From positions 120,001 to 152,000 of the forward strand of contig NC_000917.1 in the NCBI RefSeq assembly GCF_000008665.1: a stretch of 32,000 bases of DNA, read 5' to 3'. This document shows, piece after piece, positions 17,389-25,864 of this stretch (the stretch's first letter is position 1; each line of letters opens with the position of its first letter). The notes beneath the pieces are model-generated. The model made no database searches. It had not been told where the DNA came from and worked only from the letters and a program-made list of their open reading frames with translations. The stretch comes from Archaeoglobus fulgidus DSM 4304. GTDB taxonomy: Archaea > Halobacteriota > Archaeoglobi > Archaeoglobales > Archaeoglobaceae. Made by a program: the position numbers and the translations under genes.

Positions 17389-17676
17389 ATGAAACGGATG
17401 ATTATAGCCATAGACGAGGAGAAGTGCATTGGCTGCGGGAGATGCGTCAACTCCTGCCCCACGGGTGCGCTTGTGCTCAACAACGAGAAGGTAAAGCTGA
17501 AGGATGAAAGGCTCTGCGATGGATACGGCTCGTGCATTGCCGTCTGCCCTTCGGGAGCCCTTTACATCGAAGTTAGGGAAGCAGAGCCCTTCGACTGGGG
17601 ATTGCTGGACAAAATAAGCTTCGAGGACTTTCTGGAAAAGCTTGCCAAGCACTACAGACCTGAAGCTTTGAAATGA
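17389..17676 (+). CDS. 2[4Fe-4S] ferredoxin-like protein
   Basis: CIGCGRCVNSCPTGAL and CDGYGSCIAVCPSGALYIEVREAEPFD; in-frame ATG at 17389. Confidence 0.85.
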   Translation: MKRMIIAIDEEKCIGCGRCVNSCPTGALVLNNEKVKLKDERLCDGYGSCIAVCPSGALYIEVREAEPFDWGLLDKISFEDFLEKLAKHYRPEALK

Positions 17677-17775
17677 TTTTTCGTTTTTTTTACGGTGTTA
17701 ATTTCCAAAACCCTTATATTTTATCAAGTAGTAAACATTGTTAGCCAGAAAGGTTCTGGCAAGAGGAGGTGGAAA

Positions 17776-18318
17776 ATGGAGAACGGCGACAGATACGTTT
17801 ACGTTGTGGATGTTTCGAAGTGCTACGGCTGCCTTTCCTGCGTTGCTGCATGTGCCGCTGAAAACAACGTTCCCGTCGGCTACTTCCGCACGTGGGTTGA
17901 GAGATATGCAATGAACGGAAGGGTAGCCTTCGTGCCAAAGATATGTAACCACTGTGATAATCCATCTTGCGTCCACGCCTGTCCAGTCAATGCCACCTAC
18001 AAAACCGAGGAAGGCTTGGTTCTGATTGACGACGAGATTTGTATTGGGTGTGGTGCGTGCATACAGGCTTGCCCCTATGGAGCGAGGTTCAGAAACCCCG
18101 TTAAGGGCACGGCTGACAAATGCACCCTCTGCAACCACAGAATTCCAGAAAGGCTCCCGGCCTGCGTCGAGTCGTGCCCAACCTCTGCGAGGGTTTACGG
18201 CAAAATGAGCGATAAGGCGGTGAAGGAAATACTCTCCAAGAAAAACGCTGTGGTGCTTAAGGCTTACACGGGCAACGAGCCCCATACCTATTACGTAAGC
18301 CTTACGGGGGTGGAGTAA
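17776..18318 (+). CDS. 4Fe-4S electron-transfer subunit of a molybdopterin reductase (PhsB/TtrB/DmsB type)
   Basis: CYGCLSCVAACAAENNVP, CNHCDNPSCVHACPVNATY, CIGCGACIQACPYGARF, CTLCNHRI; GAGGTGG RBS before ATG 17776. Confidence 0.9.
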   Translation: MENGDRYVYVVDVSKCYGCLSCVAACAAENNVPVGYFRTWVERYAMNGRVAFVPKICNHCDNPSCVHACPVNATYKTEEGLVLIDDEICIGCGACIQACPYGARFRNPVKGTADKCTLCNHRIPERLPACVESCPTSARVYGKMSDKAVKEILSKKNAVVLKAYTGNEPHTYYVSLTGVE

Positions 18319-19404
18319 ATGCTGTGGAGCTATCCCGAAGGTTTTGCCTACTTCAACGAGTTTGCCCAGAGCATAATCTGGGAGCCAGTAGCCTTCTCCT
18401 ACGCACTGCTTATTTCTGGGGCCGATTTGCTTTTGCTCGCCGCATTAGCTCTTCTCTCAGGCTACCTCAGAAGGGCAATACCCATGTTCCTCATTCTGGG
18501 GCTCTCCTTTTTCTCCGTCATTCTTCTCGGCCCGCTCGCCGATTTGGCGTTACCTCACAGGGCTACGGAGATACTGACGAGGCCTCATCTGGCATCGACG
18601 GAAATGCATCCGGGCATTTCTGTAATGGCTCTATACGGAGGGTTGCTCTGGCCGCTGACCTTCATAGTTGCGTTAATCTTCGCGCTGCTTTACTTCAGCT
18701 ACCCCATGCACAAGAAGGGCGGAACCTTCAGCTTCCTCTCTTTCGGAGTCAAAAGTGAGGAGAGCTACGAAAGGCTGAAGCCGGCGATGAAGGTTTTAGC
18801 TGCAATCCTCGTTCCGCTCTCTGCCCTCTGGACGATATATCCCGGAATGCTGTTCTTCTCTCAGACGTGGATTTACGCCTGGAAGAACTGGGGGCTGATG
18901 CTGCCAATGTTCTTCGGCGAAACCTTCATTACAGCAACAGGAACAGCTCTCATTCTCTACTACCTCGAAAGGATGGAGGACGAAAGAATAAGGTATCCCC
19001 TGCTGCAAATTCACGGAGCTGCAGCCATAGCTCTGGCTGGAGTGCTAATTCTCCAGATGTTCATCTGGGGAATGTGGGGCAACCCGAATTTTGCTGCTGT
19101 AGTACCAATGATGCAGGCTGCTGCGGTAATTTTCCTGCTGACCTTCATCCTGACTCTGGTTTCTGCGAAGTATGAAGCGATAACACCTATCGTTCCGGTG
19201 CTGGCTCTCTTCGGCGTTGTGGTGAACAAGTGGAATCTGATAATCAATGGACAGCTAATTTCAAGGGCTGGAATGGGAGTTTTAGAGCCGGAGCTGGCAC
19301 CGAACTGGCTTGCTGAGGCAGTCTCACCCATAGCATTGGCAATACTTCTGCTGGTGATTTTAAGCTACATATTTCCAATGGAGGTGGAGGAAGATGCAGC
19401 TTAG
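18319..19404 (+). CDS. NrfD/PsrC-type quinol-interacting membrane subunit
   Basis: 361 aa multi-pass protein; YALLISGADLLLLAALALLSGYLRRAIP...LADLALPHRATEIL; between the FeS and Mo subunits. Confidence 0.85.
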   Translation: MLWSYPEGFAYFNEFAQSIIWEPVAFSYALLISGADLLLLAALALLSGYLRRAIPMFLILGLSFFSVILLGPLADLALPHRATEILTRPHLASTEMHPGISVMALYGGLLWPLTFIVALIFALLYFSYPMHKKGGTFSFLSFGVKSEESYERLKPAMKVLAAILVPLSALWTIYPGMLFFSQTWIYAWKNWGLMLPMFFGETFITATGTALILYYLERMEDERIRYPLLQIHGAAAIALAGVLILQMFIWGMWGNPNFAAVVPMMQAAAVIFLLTFILTLVSAKYEAITPIVPVLALFGVVVNKWNLIINGQLISRAGMGVLEPELAPNWLAEAVSPIALAILLLVILSYIFPMEVEEDAA

Positions 19405-22400
19405 CAGGAGGGATTTTATTAAGGGTCTCGTGGCTGTTGGCTCGGCATCAGTTTTCCTCGCAGGTTACTCGGAAACAGTTGACAGGCTGGTTAAGCCGAG
19501 ATACACAGAGGTGAAGCCGGACTCCGTTGGCAGGATTGTGCACTCAGCCTGCCTCGGGTGCAATGTAAGGTGCGGCATAAGGGTGAACGTCGTCCAGAGA
19601 GGAGGGATGGAGGTAGTTGAGAGGATTTCGGGCAATCCCTATCACGTTTACAACCGATACGTTTCGAAGGAAAAGCAGAGCAGAAGATACGAGCCTCTGC
19701 CCTACAACACACCAATCACTGAGGGGCTGAAGTATTCGGGAACTCTCTGTGCGAGAGGGGAGGATGGAATACACTACCTCTACGACCCCTACAGGATTAT
19801 TGTCCCGCTGAAAAGGGCAGGACCGAGAGGGAGCGGAAAGTTCAAGCCAATTACCTGGGAGCAGCTGATAAACGAGGTTGTAAACGGAGGAGTTATTGAG
19901 GAAACGGGAGAGAGGCTGCCGGGATTGAAGGAACTCTTTGCATACGGAATTCTCAGCGAAGCCGGATTCGACGCCAATGCCGTTTTGAGCGAGATGAAGA
20001 AGGACGTCGATGCAATCATGGAGATTGCCAAGGACGATACGAAGAGCTACGGCGAATTGACGGAGGCTATAAACAACTTCAAGGCAAAGTGGAGTGCAAA
20101 GCTCGGCGAAAAGGGCTTGAAGCTTGAGGATATTCTCATCGACCCCGATAGGCCCGATTTAGGAACAAAAGCCAACCAGCTCGTTTACATGAGGGGAAGG
20201 GGACAGGGTCATGCGGACTACTTCTACCAGCGGTGGACCTATGCTTTCGGCAGCGTGAACTGGCTGAGGCACACCTCGTCATGCCAGCTCGGCTACTACG
20301 CGGGAAACAAGATATGGTCAGGCTACCACGATGTGCAGGCTGACCCGATTGGGGCAAAGCTCCTCCTAATGGTGGGAGCCCAGATGGGCAGGCTGCATCC
20401 CGGCGCTACGGGGCAGGGATTGATAGTTGAGAGGGCTGCAGAGGGGGAGCTAAAGGTTTACTACGTCAATCCAACTGCTCCAAGAACAACAGCAAACGGA
20501 AACATAGTCTGGGTTCCGATAAGGCCCGGCACGGATGCTGCATTCGCCATGGCTCTGCTTAGAGTCATGTTCGAGAGGGGTTACTACGACGCAGAATTTC
20601 TCTCATACGCAAACACTGATGCTGCAAGGAAAGCTGGCTACCCCTTAAACACGAACGCATCGTGGCTCGTGATTTGGGAAGGTGATAGAAAGGGAGAGTT
20701 TCTGAAGGGAGAGGACATAGGGCTTGGCAGCGACAATCCGGTTGTTTACGCCGGAAGCTTCGTAACGAACGACAGCGTCGAAAAGGCGGAGATATTCTTC
20801 GACGGCTATGTGGAAACGAAGGAAGGGAAGAGGAGAGTCAAATCAGCCCTTCAGATTCTGAAAGAGGAGTGCTTCAGCAGGAGCGTGGAAGAGTGGTGCG
20901 AGATTTGCGGAGTTGATGTGGCTGTAATATACGAGATTGCTGAGGAAATCAGGAAAGCCATGCCCAACTGCGGAACCATAGTTCACAGAGGAGCTGGCAT
21001 GCACACCAACGGAGAATACAACGTCTGGGCTCTGAGATGTATCGACATGCTCATCGGAAACATTCACAGGAAGGGCGGGCTCATGACGAGAGCTTCACAC
21101 ACGAACTACAACAAAGAGCTCTACTACGTTGACAAATCAAAGTTTGGAGAGCCTGTGAGGTGGGGGCCGCCAATAGACAGGCATAAAGTTGCCTACGAGG
21201 ACAGCCTCGAATACTGGATGAAGAAGAAGAGGGGTGAGAACCCCTATCCAGCCAAGCGCCCGTGGTATCCGCTAACGCCAGAAGAGAGCTATACAGAAAT
21301 GTTCGCCGGAATTGCGGAGGAGTATCCCTACCCAATCAAGGCCCTTATTATGTACTACGCCAACCCCGTTCTTTCGGCTAACTTCGGAGTTAAGTTCATA
21401 GAGGTGCTGAAGGACACATCAAAGCTCCCGCTCTTCATAGCCATAACCACATCGATAAACGAGACATTCCTCTATGCAGACTACATCGTTCCTGACACCA
21501 TGTATCTCGAAACCGGCACCATGGGAATCAACTACCTCTACGCAACCAGTGCGAGTGTTACGCTGGCGGAATACTGGAGAAGTCCGGCAGTAATGCCCAT
21601 GACTCAGCTCGTAGGCACCTGTCCCAACGGACATCCCAAATACGCTTCAATGTGGGAGTTCCTCATTGACATTGCGCTCAAGCTGAAGATGCCCGGTTAC
21701 GGCAAGGGGGCTGTGAAGGGAGTGGGAGCTTACGACGGGCAGAAGTTTGATCTTTACTGTGCGTGGGAGTACATAATGTACGTTTTCGCCAACGCAGCGA
21801 TGGATGCTAAGAAGCGCGGATTGATTCCTGAGACGGTTAGCGACGAAGAAGTGGACTTTGTCGAGAAGAACTACCCGATTGCGAGGTTCAAGGATATAGT
21901 GCCCAACGAGTGGAGGTATGTCGCCTACGGGCTGGCGAGGGGTGGAGTATTCACGAGGTACGAGGACTCCTTCGACGAGAGGGGGTATTCGAAGAGGAAG
22001 CCGTGGACAGATACCGTGTACTTCTGGAGCGAAAAGCTTGCTAAGGCCAGAAACAGCGTCACCGGAGAGAAGTTCTACGGTGGACCGAAATATCTACCTC
22101 CAGCCACCTACGCACCGCTTGGAACCGAGAGGAGATTCTACGGAACTCCGCTCAGGGAAATTTATCCTGAATCGCAGTATCCCTTCCTCGTCGTGCCGCC
22201 GGGAAGTCCGCTTTTCACCAAACACAGGAGCATGTTCTACTACTGGCTGAAACAGGTGATGCCGGAGAACTTTGCCGTGATTAACCCCGAAGATGCGGAG
22301 AAGCTTGGAATTGAGAGCGGAGATGTCATAAAGATAGTAACTCCCACAGGAGAGCTTGAAGTCGTTGCAGCTGTGGAGCCGACGGTTGTAAAGGGAACAA

Positions 22401-22798
22401 TCGCGATACCTGTGGGAATGGGAAGGTGGGCTGATTCGGCTGTTAAAAAGCCAGCTTACTTCAGGCTGAACGACGGAAGCGTTGCAGCTCTCGTTTCAGA
22501 GCTACCTGATGGAGCTTCTCTCCCCTCGGATGCCGTGAATCCTGTAAAGCAGCTTGACGAGACGAAGAAAAGAATCCTCTTCACGAAGTCCGACAGGAGA
22601 TACTACGACGACCTTGGGATAGACAGCTGGAGGTTCAGCGGAGTTACGCCCAATGTCGTGGCCTGCGTTGACACGTCTCTCGACAACTGGCCACTGCTCA
22701 GCTGGATAGGCGCAGCCCAAGTTTACTTCTTCATTCCGGCAAAGGTCGAGAAGACGGGCAAAAGGAAGAAGTTCGAAATGCCGAACGTGTGGTGGTAG
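19394..22798 (+). CDS. Large molybdopterin oxidoreductase catalytic subunit, TAT-exported, TtrA/PhsA/ArrA-like
   Basis: 1134 aa; QLSRRDFIKGLVAVGSASVFLAG twin-arginine signal; CLGCNVRCGIRV 4Fe-4S motif; HRGAGMHTNGEYNVWALRCIDMLIG. Confidence 0.92.
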   Translation: MQLSRRDFIKGLVAVGSASVFLAGYSETVDRLVKPRYTEVKPDSVGRIVHSACLGCNVRCGIRVNVVQRGGMEVVERISGNPYHVYNRYVSKEKQSRRYEPLPYNTPITEGLKYSGTLCARGEDGIHYLYDPYRIIVPLKRAGPRGSGKFKPITWEQLINEVVNGGVIEETGERLPGLKELFAYGILSEAGFDANAVLSEMKKDVDAIMEIAKDDTKSYGELTEAINNFKAKWSAKLGEKGLKLEDILIDPDRPDLGTKANQLVYMRGRGQGHADYFYQRWTYAFGSVNWLRHTSSCQLGYYAGNKIWSGYHDVQADPIGAKLLLMVGAQMGRLHPGATGQGLIVERAAEGELKVYYVNPTAPRTTANGNIVWVPIRPGTDAAFAMALLRVMFERGYYDAEFLSYANTDAARKAGYPLNTNASWLVIWEGDRKGEFLKGEDIGLGSDNPVVYAGSFVTNDSVEKAEIFFDGYVETKEGKRRVKSALQILKEECFSRSVEEWCEICGVDVAVIYEIAEEIRKAMPNCGTIVHRGAGMHTNGEYNVWALRCIDMLIGNIHRKGGLMTRASHTNYNKELYYVDKSKFGEPVRWGPPIDRHKVAYEDSLEYWMKKKRGENPYPAKRPWYPLTPEESYTEMFAGIAEEYPYPIKALIMYYANPVLSANFGVKFIEVLKDTSKLPLFIAITTSINETFLYADYIVPDTMYLETGTMGINYLYATSASVTLAEYWRSPAVMPMTQLVGTCPNGHPKYASMWEFLIDIALKLKMPGYGKGAVKGVGAYDGQKFDLYCAWEYIMYVFANAAMDAKKRGLIPETVSDEEVDFVEKNYPIARFKDIVPNEWRYVAYGLARGGVFTRYEDSFDERGYSKRKPWTDTVYFWSEKLAKARNSVTGEKFYGGPKYLPPATYAPLGTERRFYGTPLREIYPESQYPFLVVPPGSPLFTKHRSMFYYWLKQVMPENFAVINPEDAEKLGIESGDVIKIVTPTGELEVVAAVEPTVVKGTIAIPVGMGRWADSAVKKPAYFRLNDGSVAALVSELPDGASLPSDAVNPVKQLDETKKRILFTKSDRRYYDDLGIDSWRFSGVTPNVVACVDTSLDNWPLLSWIGAAQVYFFIPAKVEKTGKRKKFEMPNVWW

Positions 22799-22807
22799 CA
22801 GTTGCTT

Positions 22808-23332
22808 GTGACCATAGGGAGGGCAAAGGTTTACGCAACGCTTTCAAAAATTTTTTACCACCTTTTTTACGATGAGGCAATCCCCAAAGACTGCAGAGAA
22901 ATTATCGAAAAATTCGGCGAAATTGATTTTAATCTGCGTTCTGTGCTCGTTAGGGAGTTGAGGGGCTCTGTTCTTATAAAGGACATGCCTCAATCTCTTG
23001 CTGAAGTTTACGAGAGCGTAATGAAAGACTTCTACGAAAGATACGGCTTTCAGGCTTCAGAGTTGCATGCTGACCATATAGCTGTGGAGCTTGCCTTCAT
23101 GTCGAAGCTGGTTGAGAGGGAGATTAGCTTGGCGCAGCAGATGAAGGAGGAGGAGCTTTACAAAATCAGGGCAGCCCAGCACAGGTTTATAAAGGCTCAC
23201 CTCCAGCCCCTCGTCAAAAATCTCCCCTCTGCACCTCTCCTCAACTTCGTGAGGGATTTCGTCAGAGAGGATGCGAAGTACCTCTACAGCAGCCTCGTAG
23301 GTGAGAAAAATGAGGGAGCTGACAACAATTGA
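22808..23332 (+). CDS. TorD/DmsD-family chaperone for the Mo reductase
   Basis: Helical approx. 175 aa ORF directly downstream of the catalytic subunit; ELHADHIAVELAFMSKLVE...AHLQPLVKNL. Confidence 0.8.
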   Translation: MTIGRAKVYATLSKIFYHLFYDEAIPKDCREIIEKFGEIDFNLRSVLVRELRGSVLIKDMPQSLAEVYESVMKDFYERYGFQASELHADHIAVELAFMSKLVEREISLAQQMKEEELYKIRAAQHRFIKAHLQPLVKNLPSAPLLNFVRDFVREDAKYLYSSLVGEKNEGADNN

Positions 23333-24503
23333 CGAAACCTGGAAGCTGATGGACGAGCTGAGGCAGAGATTTTACTTCAAGCGTGAGAGCGAGGAGGTTA
23401 GAGTGGAGGATGCTCTGGACAGGGAGCTGGCGGAGGATGTGTTCGCTGCCAAGGACATGCCGCCCTTCGACATCGCAACGATGGATGGCTATGCCTTGAA
23501 GCTTGAGGATGGTGTCAGGGAGTACAGAATAGTGGGAGAGGTTTACGCTGGAGAGGTTGAGGATAGATTCGTCAACAGAGGGGAGTGCGTTTACATCACC
23601 ACCGGGGCGAAGATGCCCGTCAATGCTGACACGGTTGTCAAGGTGGAGATTGCCGAGGTTGATGGCAGCAAGATGAGGATAAGGGAGAAAGTCAACAGGG
23701 GAAAGTATGTGCTGAAGAAGGGGAGTGAGGTGAAGAAGGGGGATTTGATTCTGCCGGCAAAAACCAGAATAGGCCCGCAGGAGATTGCTGCTTTAATCAG
23801 CGCTGGAGTTGAGAGGGTCAGGGTTTTCAGGAGGCTGAGGGCTGCGGTGTTCTCGAACGGGGATGAGATAAAGAAGGGGATAATTGCGGACTCCAACTCG
23901 GCAATGATTTCCGCCTTTTTGCGGAAGTTGGGCTGCGAGGTTCACTTTCTTGGTGTGGCTGGGGATGATGCGGAAGAAGTAAGGGAGATGGTTGAGAAGG
24001 GTGTGAGAGATTACGATGCTGTTCTTACAAGCGGCGGAGTTAGCGTTGGGGAGAAGGACTACGTGGTTAAGGCTCTGAAGGAGATGGGAGAGGTTCTGAT
24101 TTACAAGGTGAGGCAGAGGCCGGGAAAGCCGATGGTTGTGGCTGTTGTAAATGAAAAGCCCGTTTTTGCCTTGCCCGGAAAGCCTGCTGGCTGCTTTACA
24201 GCCATGCTGTCTCTGAGAAGGTTTTTCGCAGGGGATAAGCCCTTCCCGAAGGTTAGGGCAAGGATTGCGGGAGATGTAAAGCTCCCCACGAAGGGGTTCA
24301 GCTACTTCCTGTTTGTGAAGCTGAGGGACGGTTATGCAATTCCAGCGGGATTCAGGCACTCTCACGTTTCCATCATTCCGTATGAGAAGTATGAGGTGAG
24401 TCTGGTTTCAGCGATGGCGAGAAGTGCAGTTTCAGATGGGTTCGTTGTGACTGACAGGGATTTGAGGGCTGGAGAGGAGGTTGAGGTTTGTTTGTATGAT
24501 TGA
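23301..24503 (+). CDS. moeA: Molybdopterin molybdenumtransferase MoeA
   Basis: MPPFDIATMDGYAL, TGAKMPVNADTVV, ISAGVERVRVFRRLRAAVFSNGDEI, TSGGVSVGEKDYV, LPGKPAGCF. Confidence 0.95.
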   Translation: MRKMRELTTIDETWKLMDELRQRFYFKRESEEVRVEDALDRELAEDVFAAKDMPPFDIATMDGYALKLEDGVREYRIVGEVYAGEVEDRFVNRGECVYITTGAKMPVNADTVVKVEIAEVDGSKMRIREKVNRGKYVLKKGSEVKKGDLILPAKTRIGPQEIAALISAGVERVRVFRRLRAAVFSNGDEIKKGIIADSNSAMISAFLRKLGCEVHFLGVAGDDAEEVREMVEKGVRDYDAVLTSGGVSVGEKDYVVKALKEMGEVLIYKVRQRPGKPMVVAVVNEKPVFALPGKPAGCFTAMLSLRRFFAGDKPFPKVRARIAGDVKLPTKGFSYFLFVKLRDGYAIPAGFRHSHVSIIPYEKYEVSLVSAMARSAVSDGFVVTDRDLRAGEEVEVCLYD

Positions 24504-24578
24504 GGATGTTTCCGTTAACCTTAGATTAAAAGCGGTAGAAATTTAAAAAGTAATGAAAAAACAAAAGTGGTGGTTAAA

Positions 24579-24743
24579 ATGACCAGCGAGAGAAAGAGAA
24601 AAAAGAGAATATACAATCCAGTTACCGGAAAGTATTATGCTGTAAGACAAAGGACTATCAGTTCAGGAAAAGCAGGGCAGATAAAGAGGTTGTGGAAACC
24701 ATCAAAAAAGAGAGAAAAGAAATCGATATGGGATTTACTGTAA
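24579..24743 (+). CDS. Small basic protein, 54 aa, possible antitoxin-like partner of the following PIN gene
   Basis: My manual translation: MTSERKRKKRIYNPVTGKYYAVRQRTISSGKAGQIKRLWKPSKKREKKSIWDLL*; ends 1 nt before the PIN ATG. Confidence 0.55.
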   Translation: MTSERKRKKRIYNPVTGKYYAVRQRTISSGKAGQIKRLWKPSKKREKKSIWDLL

Positions 24744-24744
24744 T

Positions 24745-25202
24745 ATGAGAATTTTTCTTGATGCTAACGTTATAGCCGACTGGATACTGCTTAAGAACAA
24801 GAATCAGGACGCCAGCGATCCGCTACTTACGGAGCGATACAGGCATATGGCAGAATCTTTCAAGCTTGTCGAGGAAATTCTTAAATTGAAAGAAAAAGTT
24901 TCAGGAACATCACAGATGGCAATAGCAGAGGTTTTTGGTGTCATATATGACGATGCTATTAACATGAAGCTTTTCAGAGAGGCTGTCCCTGCTTCTTCAT
25001 GGTACTGGTTTTCGATAAGGGAGAGAAAAGCTCTTTCTGAGGACTCACAACAGCTGTTTTTAATGGAACCACACACTTCGCCACAAGGGATTTGAGATTG
25101 GTGGAGCTGGTAAAGAAAATCGATAAAGTAAAACTGAAAGTCCAGAATCCAAAATATGTACTGGACTATCTTAAAAGTTGGAATAGACGCAGGAGGAGAT
25201 AA
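24745..25202 (+). pseudogene. PIN-domain protein with frameshift near the C-terminus
   Basis: MRIFLDANVIADWIL start; C-terminal FATRDLRLVELVKKIDKVKLKVQNPKYVLDYLKSWNRRRR* is in a different frame from 24745-25095. Confidence 0.6.
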
Positions 25203-25252
25203 TTAACTCGTTTACGGAAAATTTTAAACACTCTCCATCCAAGATCCAAACC

Positions 25253-25804
25253 ATGAATATTTCCCCATCCCCGCTCACAGACACGGGAAAAGCCCTTCTG
25301 CGGTTAAACCTAATCGCAATTGCCCTCCTCTGGCTTTATCCACTGCTGACTTACAGCCAACTCCCTGAGACCGTCCCAACCCACTTTGGAGCTGGCGGCG
25401 AGCCAGACAGGTTTGGAAGCAGAGAGGAGCTTCTAATCCTGCCAGCAGTATTCAGCATTGCTCCAGCAATCATCCTGATCATCACGAAGCTCAGATTCAC
25501 CCTCATCAACCGCTACCCTCAATTCATAAATCTCCCCGCCTTCTACATGAACATAGGCAAAATCCGGGAAGAGAGGAGAAGTTACTGGGTCAACAGGTAC
25601 TTCGAACCCGTCCTTCTTTTATCCCTGATTCTCTCGGCAGGTTTTCTCGGGATGGAGTACGCCATCTTTCATGCAACCCTGAGCGGAGAACTGCCACTCC
25701 TTTTTTACATTATCCTGATTTTCGTTATAGCAGCACCTCTGTTCATCTTCTTCTTGTACCTCAGCATGATTTCCGCCCAGATGAGCAGGGAAATTGGCGA
25801 ATAA
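25253..25804 (+). CDS. DUF1648/SdpI-like membrane protein
   Basis: LPETVPTHFGAGGEPDRFGSREELLILPAVF pattern; multi-pass. Confidence 0.75.
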   Translation: MNISPSPLTDTGKALLRLNLIAIALLWLYPLLTYSQLPETVPTHFGAGGEPDRFGSREELLILPAVFSIAPAIILIITKLRFTLINRYPQFINLPAFYMNIGKIREERRSYWVNRYFEPVLLLSLILSAGFLGMEYAIFHATLSGELPLLFYIILIFVIAAPLFIFFLYLSMISAQMSREIGE

Positions 25805-25813
25805 TTTATAAAT

Positions 25814-25857
25814 TTAACAGAGTTAAGGCAAAAGATTTATTAACTTAACAGTGTTAA
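25814..25857. promoter_or_regulatory. Two palindromic boxes, TTAACAGAGTTAA (25814-25826) and TTAACAGTGTTAA (25845-25857)
   Basis: Both perfect inverted repeats, 31 bp apart, directly upstream of the ATG at 25865. Confidence 0.6.
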
Positions 25858-25864
25858 TTAACCT

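Noticed and set aside
21419-21634. Antisense ORF inside the Mo reductase catalytic subunit, as well as 19491-19715, 19544-19774, 20136-20357, 21918-22250 and similar
   Set aside because: They lie fully within a strongly supported CDS, are low complexity or Cys/Ser/Pro-biased, and resemble no family. Treated as shadow ORFs.
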